A DNA stretch of 64,000 bases from Roseibacillus sp. (GCA_965242925.1 CBDEUM010000030.1:32001-96000); one strand, 5' to 3'. Positions 1 to 10,299 are shown, numbered from the stretch's first letter. Numbers and translations are program-made. The notes: generated by a model from the sequence alone, not told the origin.

Positions 1-1
1 C

Positions 2-394
2 GGCCTTTTCAATATCGGCACTCTCATTGTTGCGATGATCTGGGCCACCGCCATCGCTCTCATTATCCTCAGCGGTCGCCGCCGCCACCGCGTGCGAACC
101 GCTCCCGCGCCTTCCGATCCGGGGAAATCCATCCTGCCTGTGGAAGAGAGCGAGGTGCAGGTTGCCTCAACGCGAAAGAGTGGTGAGACCCGGCCCTCAG
201 ATCTGCCGGGGCAAGCGGAGGAACCGGGGAATCAGGCCCCCATCGAGAAGGAATCTGATTCGGAGCCAGAATCCCGAACGGAAGAAGACGGGGTTCTCGA
301 TGAAGAAATGGATTCGGATAGATGGCTGGCCAGGCGGGAAGCTCTCCGGAAAGAGGAGGAACCGCCTCAGAATTCCTCAGATTCACCTGACTGA
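2..394 (+). CDS. Hypothetical membrane protein, C-terminal part (5' truncated by the window edge)
   Basis: Frame is open from base 2 (GLFNIGTLIVAMIWATAIALIILSG, hydrophobic), followed by an acidic low-complexity tail. Confidence 0.7.
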   Translation, partial: GLFNIGTLIVAMIWATAIALIILSGRRRHRVRTAPAPSDPGKSILPVEESEVQVASTRKSGETRPSDLPGQAEEPGNQAPIEKESDSEPESRTEEDGVLDEEMDSDRWLARREALRKEEEPPQNSSDSPD

Positions 395-402
395 CATATC
401 CA

Positions 403-870
403 ATGCTCCGGCAAGACTACATCCTCCGCGAGATCGAACGCATGGTGGAATTCTGCCTGCGTGCAGCCGGGTTGAAGAAGCCGAACGCCGTTGCCGATTT
501 TGAGGAGTTTCTTGAGGAAAACTGCGAACTTCTCACCGGGCTTCCTCTGCAGACTCTCCTCGACACCGGGGCCCAGAAACTGGTGGCGCTGCTCTATCAT
601 CCGGGTACCGCCAAGCTTCCACAGCTCGTTTCCTGCGGCGCCTGGATGTGCGAAGCGGCTGACGCAAGCCTGCTTTCCGGCCGATCCAGTGAGGCACGCC
701 ACCTCTTCCTGCAGGGGGCCCAGATCCTTGGGTTCATGGCCTCCCAGCATGGACATGAGAACGAGTTCTTCCCCCTCCACAATCACCTCAGGCGCCTGCG
801 GGAAAGACTGCCTGACTATCAGTTCGGACCCGAAGAGGAATCGAAGATTCTGGCCTTTCTTTCCCTGTAG
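403..870 (+). CDS. Hypothetical protein (DUF6483-like)
   Basis: 155 aa ORF 8 bp after the upstream gene; N-terminus MLRQDYILREIERMVEF resembles DUF6483. Confidence 0.65.
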   Translation: MLRQDYILREIERMVEFCLRAAGLKKPNAVADFEEFLEENCELLTGLPLQTLLDTGAQKLVALLYHPGTAKLPQLVSCGAWMCEAADASLLSGRSSEARHLFLQGAQILGFMASQHGHENEFFPLHNHLRRLRERLPDYQFGPEEESKILAFLSL

Positions 871-920
871 AACAGAGCTGGCCTCATCCCAGGGCACTCC
901 GGATTCGAAACTCTGGGCTC

Positions 921-949
921 TTGCGTCCCGGCCAGAGCCTCCCTAGCTT
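921..949 (+). promoter_or_regulatory. Putative sigma70 promoter, probably leaderless transcript
   Basis: TTGCGT(921-926)-17 bp-TAGCTT(944-949); ATG at 956 with no SD. Confidence 0.5.
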
Positions 950-955
950 CCTGTC

Positions 956-1788
956 ATGGACATTTCCGTCGGCGATCTCATCCGCTATATCGTCACCGGG
1001 GCCATCGTGCTGGTTCTCGCCACCTTCGGAATGAAGGTTTGGAACAAGCAGAAACTGGAAAAACAAATCATCCAGGAACTGCGTGATCTGGCCCACCCCG
1101 CGACCTCCTTTGAGTCACTCTATCCTGACGACGGCCGGAGAGCGCTCTTCAAGTCGATGGGACTCCTCCACAAGACCAGGGCCGAACTCGACAAGGAACC
1201 GGTCGAGATCCTCAAGGAGGTTTTCCACGGTGACGACGATGGAGCTCTCTTTGGAGAAGCGCAGACAGGGCGCAACGCATATATCGACCCGCAGGAGGTG
1301 ATTATCAGCAAGGGCCTCCTCCGTAACTATCAATACTGCCGTGCCCTGGGACTGTTTTCCGACGGAGAAAACAGAAAAGCGCTCGCAGAGGGAGAGGCTC
1401 CTTCCATCGCCACCGGCCCTTCTTCCGGAGCGAAGGCCACCATTCGCTATATCATTGATCCGGAGGTGTCGCCGGGAGTGGAGAACCTGATTCCCAATAT
1501 GATCATTCTCCCCCCGACTTCGAGGTGCGCGAGAAACCCACTGACTTTGAGATCATGCAGGCCAAAGAGCTGATCAGAGACCTCTACAGTTCCCGTCTGA
1601 TCGAAAGAGAAGCCGAGGACCGACTTCGTCAGCACTACGACCAATTCAACAATCCTCCCGAACCCGGATCCACACCCGAACCGGAAGCCCCCCCCGAACC
1701 CAGACCAGAACCGGAAGACAAACCTGTCAGCAAGCCTGAGGAAGAAGACGTCTGTCCCTTCGACCAGCCCCTCCCTGACAATGGATGA
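956..1788 (+). pseudogene. Hypothetical N-terminally anchored protein split by a single-base frameshift (pseudogene or sequencing error)
   Basis: ORFs 956-1573 and 1525-1788 join into ...NMIILPPDFEVREKPTDFE... if one base is added at the C6 run 1510-1515; N-terminal TM helix and Pro/Glu-rich tail. Confidence 0.7.
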
Positions 1789-1900
1789 GGCCAATGGCCT
1801 TAATCCTCTTCCCCTCCAAGCAGACCCTCGCCCTACCAACTCTGGTAGCCGATCTCCTTCCTCTATCCCCGAAGGGATTGAAGGCTGGCGGATCGGGCCC

Positions 1901-1929
1901 TTGTGACCTCCCCTTCCCTCGACTATTGT
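1901..1929 (+). promoter_or_regulatory. Putative sigma70 promoter
   Basis: TTGTGA-17 bp-TATTGT upstream of ATG 1945. Confidence 0.4.
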
Positions 1930-1944
1930 CCCCAACTCCAACCG

Positions 1945-4900
1945 ATGAAACTCCCCTCCCCGTCCCGGGCAGTCACCCTGCTCGCCCTTCTCCTCTTTCT
2001 GACCACCAACACCGGTCTGCTCCCCGCCGCGGACAGCGTTATCGTTTTCAATGAAGTCCACTACCATCCCGCGGACGAGGACAACGACACCGAATGGATT
2101 GAACTGCACAGCCTGATGGGGGTCAATGTTGACGTTTCGGACTGGGAACTAGAAGGCGGGATCAACTATCGCTTTGCCAGCGGCACCGTCATTCCGGGCC
2201 ACGGCTATCTTCTCGTGGCCGCCGACCCCTCTCACCCGTCGCTCGCAGGACGCGGCGCGCGGGGACCCTTCACTGGTCGGCTCGCCAACAACGGGGAAAG
2301 CATCCGACTGGTCAACAACAACGATCGGACGATGGACGAACTGAACTACGGGGACGACGGTGACTGGCCGGTGGGAGCCGACGGACTGGGATCAACCCTC
2401 TCCAAACGCAACGAACATACATCCGAGTCCCGTCCCTTCAACTGGCTTGCCAGCCCGGAGACTGGCGGCACGCCCGGTCTCCCCAACTTCCCCGGTGATT
2501 CTCAAGGTGAGATCACCCAGGACATTGTCTTCAGCGAGATTGCGGCCGGAGACAATCCCGATTTCCAGGTCGAGCTCACCAATGTGGGCTCCGATGCCAT
2601 CGCTCTCAGCGGTTACCAGCTGCGCTCTTCAAGCGGCGCCACCCAGGAGATCCCAGGGGGCCTGCTTCAACCTGGTGGTCACCTGGCCATCACACCCTCC
2701 TTCCCCGTGACCGACGGTCACCGCCTTTCTCTTCTCCGGCCGGGCACTGAGATCCTGGCCGACGCCCGCGAGATCACCAACCGCCTGCGGGGACTCTCCA
2801 ATGGGCACTGGCTCTACCCTGACACTCCTACCTTCGGCCACCCGAACAGCTACTCCTTCAATACCGACATCGTGATCAACGAGATCATGTACAACCCAAG
2901 GCCGCTGCCCGCCACGCAACCCTCCAGCCCTGATGTCCTCGTCGATTGGGACCACTTGTGGCGCTATAACGAATCCGGCGACAATCTCGGTAATAACTGG
3001 GAGAATTCGCCCCATCCGGAGAATGGGGGGACCTGGCTCTCCGGCCAGGGTCCGCTCGGGGTGGAGTCCTCCTCGTTGACCAACGCCATCACGACTCCCC
3101 TCTCCCCGCTCGATTCAAGAAATCCACGGACCATCACCTTCTATTTTGAAACAGATTTTGAATTGAGCGAACAACAGAAGCGCGACACCACCCAGCTTGA
3201 ACTTTCCCACCAGATCGACGACGGGGCCATCTTCTATCTCAATGGGATCGAGATCGATCGCTACCAGGTCGATGACGAGCCGATCACCTCGTCCTCCACT
3301 TCCAGTGACACGGTGGGGAATGCAACGGTGATCACCACCATTCTACCCCCCTCCACCCTGACCGCCCTGCACCAGGGCACCAACCGTCTTTCGGTCGAGG
3401 TTCACCAGACCAGCGCGAACAGCTCGGACATCGTGATGGGGCTGCAGTTGGTTGCCTCTCAGGAAGGCCTGCCCCTGCGCCGCTCCAGCGATCAATGGAT
3501 AGAACTCTACAACAAGGGCACGGAGGACCTGAGCCTGGGCGGCTGGCAGTTCAGCGACGGCATCTCCTTCGACTTTCCCCCTGACACCGTCCTCCCGGCC
3601 GGTCAGTTCCTCGTGGTGGCCCGTGATGCCGCCTCCCTGGCCGCCAAGTATCCGGACCTCACCATTGCCGGAGAGTGGAATGGCGCTCTTTCGCGCAAGG
3701 GAGAACGGGTGCGCCTCATTGACGCCCACAAAAATGTCGCCGACGAGGTCCGCTTCTCCGATGGTGGACGCTGGTCCGGGCGGGCCGACGCCGCAGGCTC
3801 CAGTCTCGAACTGCGCGATCCACATGCTGACAACAGCTCTCCGGAAGCCTGGGCTCCCAGCATCGAGAATGCTCCCTGGCAGGAATTTACCTACCTGGGA
3901 CGGGGCTCCTTCACTCCCAGCAACGACCCGACCCAGTATAACGAAATGATCTTCGGACTCCTCGATGCGGGAGAGTTTCTCATCGACGATATCAGCGTAA
4001 TTGAGTCTCCAAGCGGAACGCCTCGCGAACTCATTCAAAACGGCACATTTCCACGTGATTTCTCCACCTGGCGCATGCGTGGCAACCACCGGCACGCCCG
4101 CATAATAATCGATCCCGATGACCCCGCAAACAGGGTTCTGCACGTGCGGTCCACGGGGGCCATGGAGCATATGCACAACCACGCCGAAACCACCCTCAAA
4201 TCCGGTGGCAGCTATGTCAGCCTGAGCACCTCCCAAGTCTACCAGATCAGTTTCCGCGCCCGGTGGATCAGCGGCTGCAACCAACTCAACACCCGGCTCT
4301 ACTTCAACCGCATGCCTCGTACCCACATCCTGGAGGCGCCCCAGGACTGTGGCACACCCGGAGCTCCCAATTCCCAGGCAGTTACCAATGCCGGCCCCAC
4401 CTACACCAGCCTCCGGCATTCCCCTGCCGTGCCCGCAGCCAACCAATCTGCTACGGTCCATGCTGAGATTTCAGACCCAGACGGCATCGCCTCCGTGACC
4501 CTGTTCTACTCCGTCAACGGGGCATCCTTCAGGAGCACGGGCATGACAGACCAGGGCAACGGACACTACAGCGGAACCGTTCCGCGCCAATCGGGCGGCC
4601 GCAAGGCGCAATTCTATCTCGTGGCTGAAGACTCTCTCGGAGCCACTCAGTTCATTCCGGCCGGCGGACCCGCCTCACGCGCCATCATTCCCTGGGATGA
4701 CGGACAGGCCAATCTCGACCTCGGTGCCTGCCAGCCCAACAACTTCCGCATCGTCATGACTGCCGATGACACCAGCTTCATGCACAATGTCACTGAAGTG
4801 ATGAGCAATGACCGCCTCGGATGCACAATCATCTACAATGAAAGGGATATCTACTACGACTGCGGCGTGCGCCTCAAAGGCAGCCAGCGTGGCCGCGCCA

Positions 4901-7032
4901 AGGACGTCAGGGTGGGGTTCTCGGTAAGCTTTCCGGACAACCAGCCTTTTCTTGGAGCTCACGAAACAGTGGCGGTGGATCGCTCCGGGGCGGGTGATCA
5001 GTTCAGCCAGAAGGAGATCATGGTGAAGCACATCATCAACCGGGCAGGCGGCATCCCGGGCATGGAAGACGATCTGATCCGGGTCATCGCCCCTCGCTCA
5101 AACCACACCGGTTCCGCCATGCTGATCAAGTCACGTTTTGACGATGAATGGCTGGAAAATCAGTTCCCTGACGGCGAGGACGGCACTCTCTTCGAGTATG
5201 AGCTCATCTACTACCCCACCAGCACCACCGGCGGAGTGGAGGGTCTCAAACGACCCAATCCCGACAGCGTGCGGGGTGTTTCCATGCGCCCGACCGGAGG
5301 GCGGCGCGACAAGGAAAACTACCGCTACCACTGGCAAATCGACAACAACAAGGACGCCGATGATTACGACGCCATCATCAATGCCCTCAACACCCTGGGC
5401 CTGAGCGGATCGTCCTTCCGGGACGCCTCCTACCGTGACCTTGACGTAGACCAGTGGCTCCGTTCCTTCGCCGCCCAAATCCTCTGTGGAATCGGAGACA
5501 ACTACAGCAGCGGATCGCAGCACAACGCTCTCTTCTATATCCGCCCCACCGACGGTCGGGTGCTCTACTTCCCCTGGGACATGGACTTCACGTTCAGTCG
5601 CGGGGCGAACAGCAGTCTGACCCCCAACGGAGACCTCTCCAAGCTCCTCTCCGCGAGTCCTGCCAACGAACGCGCCTACTACGGCCATCTCAAGGACATC
5701 ATTGATACCGCCTTCAACACCCGCTACATGACCGAGTGGGCCAATCATTACTCGTGTTTCCTTCCTTCCGAGAACCTCGCGAACCATCTCGGCTACATCA
5801 ACTCCCGCCGAAATTACGCCCTTAGCGCAATCAGCAGTGCAATCTCCCAGATCCCCTTCCGTATCACCACCTCGGGAGGGTCCACCACCACCGAATCTTT
5901 CATCGCACTCCGAGGTGATGCCTGGGTCGACGTTCGGGAAATTCGGCTCGCCGGCGCTACCGAATCCCTGTCTATCAGCTGGCTCGATGATAACAGCTGG
6001 GAGGTCAATGTGCCAGTCAACCCCGGCCCTAATACGATCGCCCTCCAGGCCATCGGCTTCCGCGGAGACATCCTGAGCGAACGGACCATCAACGTGACTG
6101 GAACCGGCACCCTCGTGCCCGCAACCGCCGCTACCCTCGCGATCTCTGAAGTGATGTATCATCCCGCTGCTCCCACCAGCACCGAAATCCAGGCGGGATT
6201 CCCCGATCAGGATGACTTCGAGTTCATCGAGATTTTTAATCTCAGTGAAACCCTGACGATCGACCTTACCGGACTTCGCTTCGTCAATGGAATCGACTAC
6301 CAGTTTCCGGAGTCCACTCTCGCGCCGGGCGCACACGGTCTCCTTGTCGGACGGGAGGCCGCCTTCACTCAACGTTACGGGGCCGGACACCCGGTCATCG
6401 GAAGCTACCAGAGCAGCGGGACCAGCAAACTGGCAAACCAAGGCGAACGCCTTGTCCTGCTCGATGCCTCCGGCATGCCCATCACCGACTTCACATGGAG
6501 TCACCAGGCTCCCTGGCCCACCAGCGCTGACGGACTGGGCTACTCGCTTGTCCTCATGTGTCCCGGTTCCAACGACCCCACCCTCCCAACCAGTTGGCGG
6601 ACCAGCGCATTGTCGGCGGGCAATCCCAGTGACAGCGACGCCATCGATCTGGCGGACTGGAAAAGCGCCGCAAGTGTGACCGACCTCTTCTCTGATGACG
6701 ACAACGACGGCCTGGTCGCCCTGCTCGAATTTGCGGGTGGACAGGATCCCAGCATCCCGGAAAGCGGAGGACTGATCGATCTCTTCCTGGAAAACAGTGA
6801 CGATCCGCACCCGATCATCGCCTTCCGCCAGCACATCGGTGCCGACGCGATCAGCTTTTCGGCGGAGGAATCAACCAACCTCATCGACTGGACTGCAGGT
6901 CCGTCCTACCTTGGGCGGATCAACAATGGCGACGGCACGAGTTCCATCCTGTTCCGTGGCTCACAACCCTCCTCGGCGCTCCAAACGGGCTACCTTCGCA
7001 TTATCGCCAGGGAGAAACCGGTCTCGCCCTGA
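1945..7032 (+). CDS. Large secreted lamin-tail-domain / CotH kinase-family protein
   Basis: Signal peptide; repeated LTD motifs (NEVHYHP..EWIEL, NEIMYNP..QWIEL, SEVMYHP..EFIEI); CotH-like motifs (GVRLKGS, DNY..HN..FY..FPWDMDFTF); start placed at ATG 1945. Confidence 0.85.
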   Translation: MKLPSPSRAVTLLALLLFLTTNTGLLPAADSVIVFNEVHYHPADEDNDTEWIELHSLMGVNVDVSDWELEGGINYRFASGTVIPGHGYLLVAADPSHPSLAGRGARGPFTGRLANNGESIRLVNNNDRTMDELNYGDDGDWPVGADGLGSTLSKRNEHTSESRPFNWLASPETGGTPGLPNFPGDSQGEITQDIVFSEIAAGDNPDFQVELTNVGSDAIALSGYQLRSSSGATQEIPGGLLQPGGHLAITPSFPVTDGHRLSLLRPGTEILADAREITNRLRGLSNGHWLYPDTPTFGHPNSYSFNTDIVINEIMYNPRPLPATQPSSPDVLVDWDHLWRYNESGDNLGNNWENSPHPENGGTWLSGQGPLGVESSSLTNAITTPLSPLDSRNPRTITFYFETDFELSEQQKRDTTQLELSHQIDDGAIFYLNGIEIDRYQVDDEPITSSSTSSDTVGNATVITTILPPSTLTALHQGTNRLSVEVHQTSANSSDIVMGLQLVASQEGLPLRRSSDQWIELYNKGTEDLSLGGWQFSDGISFDFPPDTVLPAGQFLVVARDAASLAAKYPDLTIAGEWNGALSRKGERVRLIDAHKNVADEVRFSDGGRWSGRADAAGSSLELRDPHADNSSPEAWAPSIENAPWQEFTYLGRGSFTPSNDPTQYNEMIFGLLDAGEFLIDDISVIESPSGTPRELIQNGTFPRDFSTWRMRGNHRHARIIIDPDDPANRVLHVRSTGAMEHMHNHAETTLKSGGSYVSLSTSQVYQISFRARWISGCNQLNTRLYFNRMPRTHILEAPQDCGTPGAPNSQAVTNAGPTYTSLRHSPAVPAANQSATVHAEISDPDGIASVTLFYSVNGASFRSTGMTDQGNGHYSGTVPRQSGGRKAQFYLVAEDSLGATQFIPAGGPASRAIIPWDDGQANLDLGACQPNNFRIVMTADDTSFMHNVTEVMSNDRLGCTIIYNERDIYYDCGVRLKGSQRGRAKDVRVGFSVSFPDNQPFLGAHETVAVDRSGAGDQFSQKEIMVKHIINRAGGIPGMEDDLIRVIAPRSNHTGSAMLIKSRFDDEWLENQFPDGEDGTLFEYELIYYPTSTTGGVEGLKRPNPDSVRGVSMRPTGGRRDKENYRYHWQIDNNKDADDYDAIINALNTLGLSGSSFRDASYRDLDVDQWLRSFAAQILCGIGDNYSSGSQHNALFYIRPTDGRVLYFPWDMDFTFSRGANSSLTPNGDLSKLLSASPANERAYYGHLKDIIDTAFNTRYMTEWANHYSCFLPSENLANHLGYINSRRNYALSAISSAISQIPFRITTSGGSTTTESFIALRGDAWVDVREIRLAGATESLSISWLDDNSWEVNVPVNPGPNTIALQAIGFRGDILSERTINVTGTGTLVPATAATLAISEVMYHPAAPTSTEIQAGFPDQDDFEFIEIFNLSETLTIDLTGLRFVNGIDYQFPESTLAPGAHGLLVGREAAFTQRYGAGHPVIGSYQSSGTSKLANQGERLVLLDASGMPITDFTWSHQAPWPTSADGLGYSLVLMCPGSNDPTLPTSWRTSALSAGNPSDSDAIDLADWKSAASVTDLFSDDDNDGLVALLEFAGGQDPSIPESGGLIDLFLENSDDPHPIIAFRQHIGADAISFSAEESTNLIDWTAGPSYLGRINNGDGTSSILFRGSQPSSALQTGYLRIIAREKPVSP

Positions 7033-7114
7033 TCCCGTCCTCCGGAGTTCGGCTCAGGCCTCGCTTTCCTCCGGGAAAATGAACGGCCCGGGCTGGGACT
7101 GAAGGAAACGGGCA

Positions 7115-8086
7115 TCACTCCATCTCCTCGGCGGCTACCGCCGCCAGAGCCGGGATGACTCCGCGCTCTTCCGAATCAGCCTGAATGAGACGCGTGATCT
7201 CCAACGCCACTTCCAGGGCCGCGGCCCCCTGCTGCCCCGTCACCTCAGGCTCCTTCTGTCCGCGCACCGTATCGACGAAGGCCTTGAGTTCCGCTACCAG
7301 TGGCTCGGAGGGATCGACCTCCACCTCGGCCTGTTGAATTCCTCCCGATTCGATCCAGGAGATCTTTCCATTTTGTTCCTGATAATCGAGCGAGAGATAG
7401 CAGTTCTCCTGAAAGACCCGGATCTTGCGCATCCGTTCCGGACTGATTCGGCTGGCCGTGATGTTGGCCACGCATCCGTTTTCGAACCGCACCCGCGCAT
7501 TGGCTATATCCTCGTGCCGGGTGAGAACCGGAACCCCTACCGCATCGATGTTGGTCACCGGTGAACGCACAAGGTGAAGGATCACCTCCAGATCATGAAT
7601 CATGAGATCGAGCACCACTCCGATATCGAGACTGCGGTTGGGGAATGGCGAGAGACGATGCGCTTCGATGAAGCGAGGGCGGTCCAGGCGTTCCTCAAGT
7701 TGCCGCAGGATGGGATTGAAGCGTTCGATATGGCCTACCTGGAGCAAACGTCCAGTGGCCCCCGCAATCCGGAGAAGTTCCTCGGCCTCGGCTTCATTTC
7801 CCGCAATCGGCTTTTCCACCAGGACATGGGCTCCGAGGCGCATCAAGGCACCACCCACCTCGAGATGATGCTCGGTGGGCACCGCTACGCTGACCGCCTC
7901 ACAGCGCTCCGCCAGGGCCTCCAGGGAATCCACCACCTCGCCCCCGAATTCAGCGGCCACGATCTGGGCCCGTGCCGGATCCACATCGAAAACAGCCTCC
8001 ATCCGCACCCCTTCCAGGAGACCGTAAACCCTGGCATGATTGCGGCCCATAGACCCTGCCCCTGCAACGCCCGCACGTATTTCCAT
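7115..8086 (-). CDS. Gfo/Idh/MocA family oxidoreductase (GnnA-like sugar-nucleotide dehydrogenase)
   Basis: GAGSMG Rossmann motif, EKP, GHIERFNP, DLMIHD; start placed at MEIRAG. Confidence 0.88.
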   Translation of the reverse strand: MEIRAGVAGAGSMGRNHARVYGLLEGVRMEAVFDVDPARAQIVAAEFGGEVVDSLEALAERCEAVSVAVPTEHHLEVGGALMRLGAHVLVEKPIAGNEAEAEELLRIAGATGRLLQVGHIERFNPILRQLEERLDRPRFIEAHRLSPFPNRSLDIGVVLDLMIHDLEVILHLVRSPVTNIDAVGVPVLTRHEDIANARVRFENGCVANITASRISPERMRKIRVFQENCYLSLDYQEQNGKISWIESGGIQQAEVEVDPSEPLVAELKAFVDTVRGQKEPEVTGQQGAAALEVALEITRLIQADSEERGVIPALAAVAAEEME

Positions 8087-8194
8087 GCCACTTGTTCGCA
8101 GAATCAGGGCTTTGCCGCAAGCCCCGCCCTGTCTCGGATCTTGCCAGAATAAAGATCCTAAGGTTTCCTCAGGGCAATTCGTTAACAGATCAGA

Positions 8195-9658
8195 ATGAGT
8201 CTTCACGCCCAAATCAACCCCGAAGCGGAAGCGCGCCTTGAAGCCCAGCGGAGGAACTCCGTCATCACTTCGGTGGTGATCGCCCTCCTTGTCATGGCCC
8301 TCGTGATCCTCGTCCTTCTCTTCATCCTCCTGCCCAATCTCCTTATCAAGTCCCCCACCATCGTGACTTATCAGGCTGGAGCACCGGAGGAGGACACCAT
8401 GGACCAGAAGGAAGTGAATCCCCAGGTGCAGCGCAAACCTTCCGCGCCATCCTCCTCCACGGCCCGGGTGATTGCCTCCACCACCCCCTCCCCAACAGCG
8501 GTGCCCGTCCCGGAAACGGAAGCCGAACCAAATCTCGATTTCGGAAGCGGCGACGACTTCGGACAGGGCTGGGGGAACGGTGGTGACGGCGGTGGCGGTG
8601 GTTTTGGAAACATCCCCGTAACCATGCGCAAGCGCTGCTCCCCGCAGGACCGCCTCCAGCGTCTCAAGGAGAATGGCGGCAACGAAAAGTGCGAGGAATC
8701 AGTCGTCAAGGCCCTGCGCTACCTCAAGGAGACCCAGGGCGGGGACGGTTCCTGGGGCGGAGGCACCAAGGTTGCCTACACCGGCCTTGCGCTGCTTGCC
8801 TACCTTGGACACTGCGAAACACCCCTTTCCGAAGAATTCGGTGAAACCGTGACCGCCGCGATCATCTTTCTGGTCGACAACAACCAGAAGAACAAGGGGC
8901 GCATGGCCTCCAACCTCCAGGACAAGCACTGGTGTTACTCCCACGCCATCGCAGCCTACGCCATCGCGGAAGCCTACACTTTCTGCAGCCAGCTGGGCAT
9001 CAAGCTCCCTAACCTGAAGGAGAGCGCACAGCTGGGCATCCAGTGGATCATCGACAACCAGAACAAATCCGGGGGCTGGGACTACTCCTATGAAGAAGCG
9101 GGCGGGCGCGGCGGCGACATGTCCATCACTGCCTGGCAACTCCAGGCCCTCAAGGCAGGCAAGCACACCGGGCTCGAGTTCCGCAACATGAATGGCTGCG
9201 TCCGCGATGCCCTCAGTTACTGCGAACGATGCCAGGCGGCAGATGGAGGATTCGGCTATTCCGGTCCCACCCCCCTCGGTGACGGGCATTCCACCCTCGT
9301 GGGTGCCGGCACACTGTGCTTCCAGCAGCACAAGGGCGCGTCCAATTCCAACGCTCGCAAGGGCATCAAGTACATCGATAAGAAATCCCAGTTCGACTAC
9401 AAGGTCGGTCCCTGCAACCTGTACGAACACTACTACTCCAGCCAGGCAGCCATAAACAATGGCGGAAAGAGCTGGGTGAAGTACAACGAGATGTTCCGGG
9501 ACCAACTCCTCGATTCTCAGAACAACGACGGCTCCTGGCCCGCACCGCCCAAGCCCGGTCCCGCGGCCCGCAACGATCCCGTTTACGTCACCGCTCTTGC
9601 CACTCTCATGCTGGAGGTCTACTACCGCTTTCTGCCTGGCACAGCAGCCGGCAAGTAA
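8195..9658 (+). CDS. Membrane-anchored prenyltransferase/squalene-oxidase-repeat (alpha/alpha toroid) protein
   Basis: N-terminal TM, Pro/Gly linker, QW-like repeats (QGGDGSW, QNKSGGW, QAADGGF, QNNDGSW), C-terminal LMLEVYYRFLP. Confidence 0.8.
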   Translation: MSLHAQINPEAEARLEAQRRNSVITSVVIALLVMALVILVLLFILLPNLLIKSPTIVTYQAGAPEEDTMDQKEVNPQVQRKPSAPSSSTARVIASTTPSPTAVPVPETEAEPNLDFGSGDDFGQGWGNGGDGGGGGFGNIPVTMRKRCSPQDRLQRLKENGGNEKCEESVVKALRYLKETQGGDGSWGGGTKVAYTGLALLAYLGHCETPLSEEFGETVTAAIIFLVDNNQKNKGRMASNLQDKHWCYSHAIAAYAIAEAYTFCSQLGIKLPNLKESAQLGIQWIIDNQNKSGGWDYSYEEAGGRGGDMSITAWQLQALKAGKHTGLEFRNMNGCVRDALSYCERCQAADGGFGYSGPTPLGDGHSTLVGAGTLCFQQHKGASNSNARKGIKYIDKKSQFDYKVGPCNLYEHYYSSQAAINNGGKSWVKYNEMFRDQLLDSQNNDGSWPAPPKPGPAARNDPVYVTALATLMLEVYYRFLPGTAAGK

Positions 9659-9798
9659 GGTCGATCGCAGGACGCTCAAAAACTGCACAACCCTTCACCC
9701 TCCTTCCGAGCTCCGGAATGCCGTTGGATCCTCTGGCGAGGCGGGTGCACCTTCACGGTTCTGCTTGAGTCCTGCGGAGAAAGGTGCTTTGTATCTCT

Positions 9799-10299
9799 AT
9801 GCCTCGATCATTCGCCTTCGCCATCATCATGGCGGCTGCGCTCCTCCCGGACACTCTTGCCGCAGCCGGAAAGAAAGCGCCTGATCTGAGCGTCAGTTTC
9901 CACCTCCAGGCTGAACCGGGTGATCGCCGGGCATTCAAGCAATTGACCGCGGGAAAGGAAGTGCTGTTCAGCAAATCCGCGGAAATCAACACCAAGGATA
10001 TCGTGGCCTTCCGCCCCTTTCCTGCCGACGACGGGAATTCCTACGGGATGGTCTTCCAGCTCAACAAGACGGCCTCCAACCGGCTCCGCAACATGAGCAC
10101 GGCCCATCAGGACAAACTCCTTCTCGCCGTGATCAATGGGCAGGTCCGCGATGCGGTTCTGATTGACAAGCCGATCAATGACGGGCTCATCGTCATCTGG
10201 AAGTGGGTTTCTCTTACTGAGGTCAAGCTCGCCGACCAGCATGTCCCGCGTATCGGCGAAGATCTCAAGACCTGGAAGAAGAGAATCAAAAAGAAGTAG
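9799..10299 (+). CDS. Secreted hypothetical protein, SecDF P1-head-like domain
   Basis: Signal peptide; motif FQLNKTASNRL..LLLAVINGQV..PINDG resembles the SecD head subdomain. Confidence 0.6.
   Translation: MPRSFAFAIIMAAALLPDTLAAAGKKAPDLSVSFHLQAEPGDRRAFKQLTAGKEVLFSKSAEINTKDIVAFRPFPADDGNSYGMVFQLNKTASNRLRNMSTAHQDKLLLAVINGQVRDAVLIDKPINDGLIVIWKWVSLTEVKLADQHVPRIGEDLKTWKKRIKKK

Noticed and set aside
1655..1745. Short CCCGAA/CCGGAA repeats as a CRISPR or DNA repeat element
   Set aside because: Explained by the Pro-Glu coding tail; no repeat-spacer structure and no cas genes
8195..9658. Squalene-hopene cyclase or thioester protein
   Set aside because: No DxDD or CxEQ motif; too short and TM-anchored
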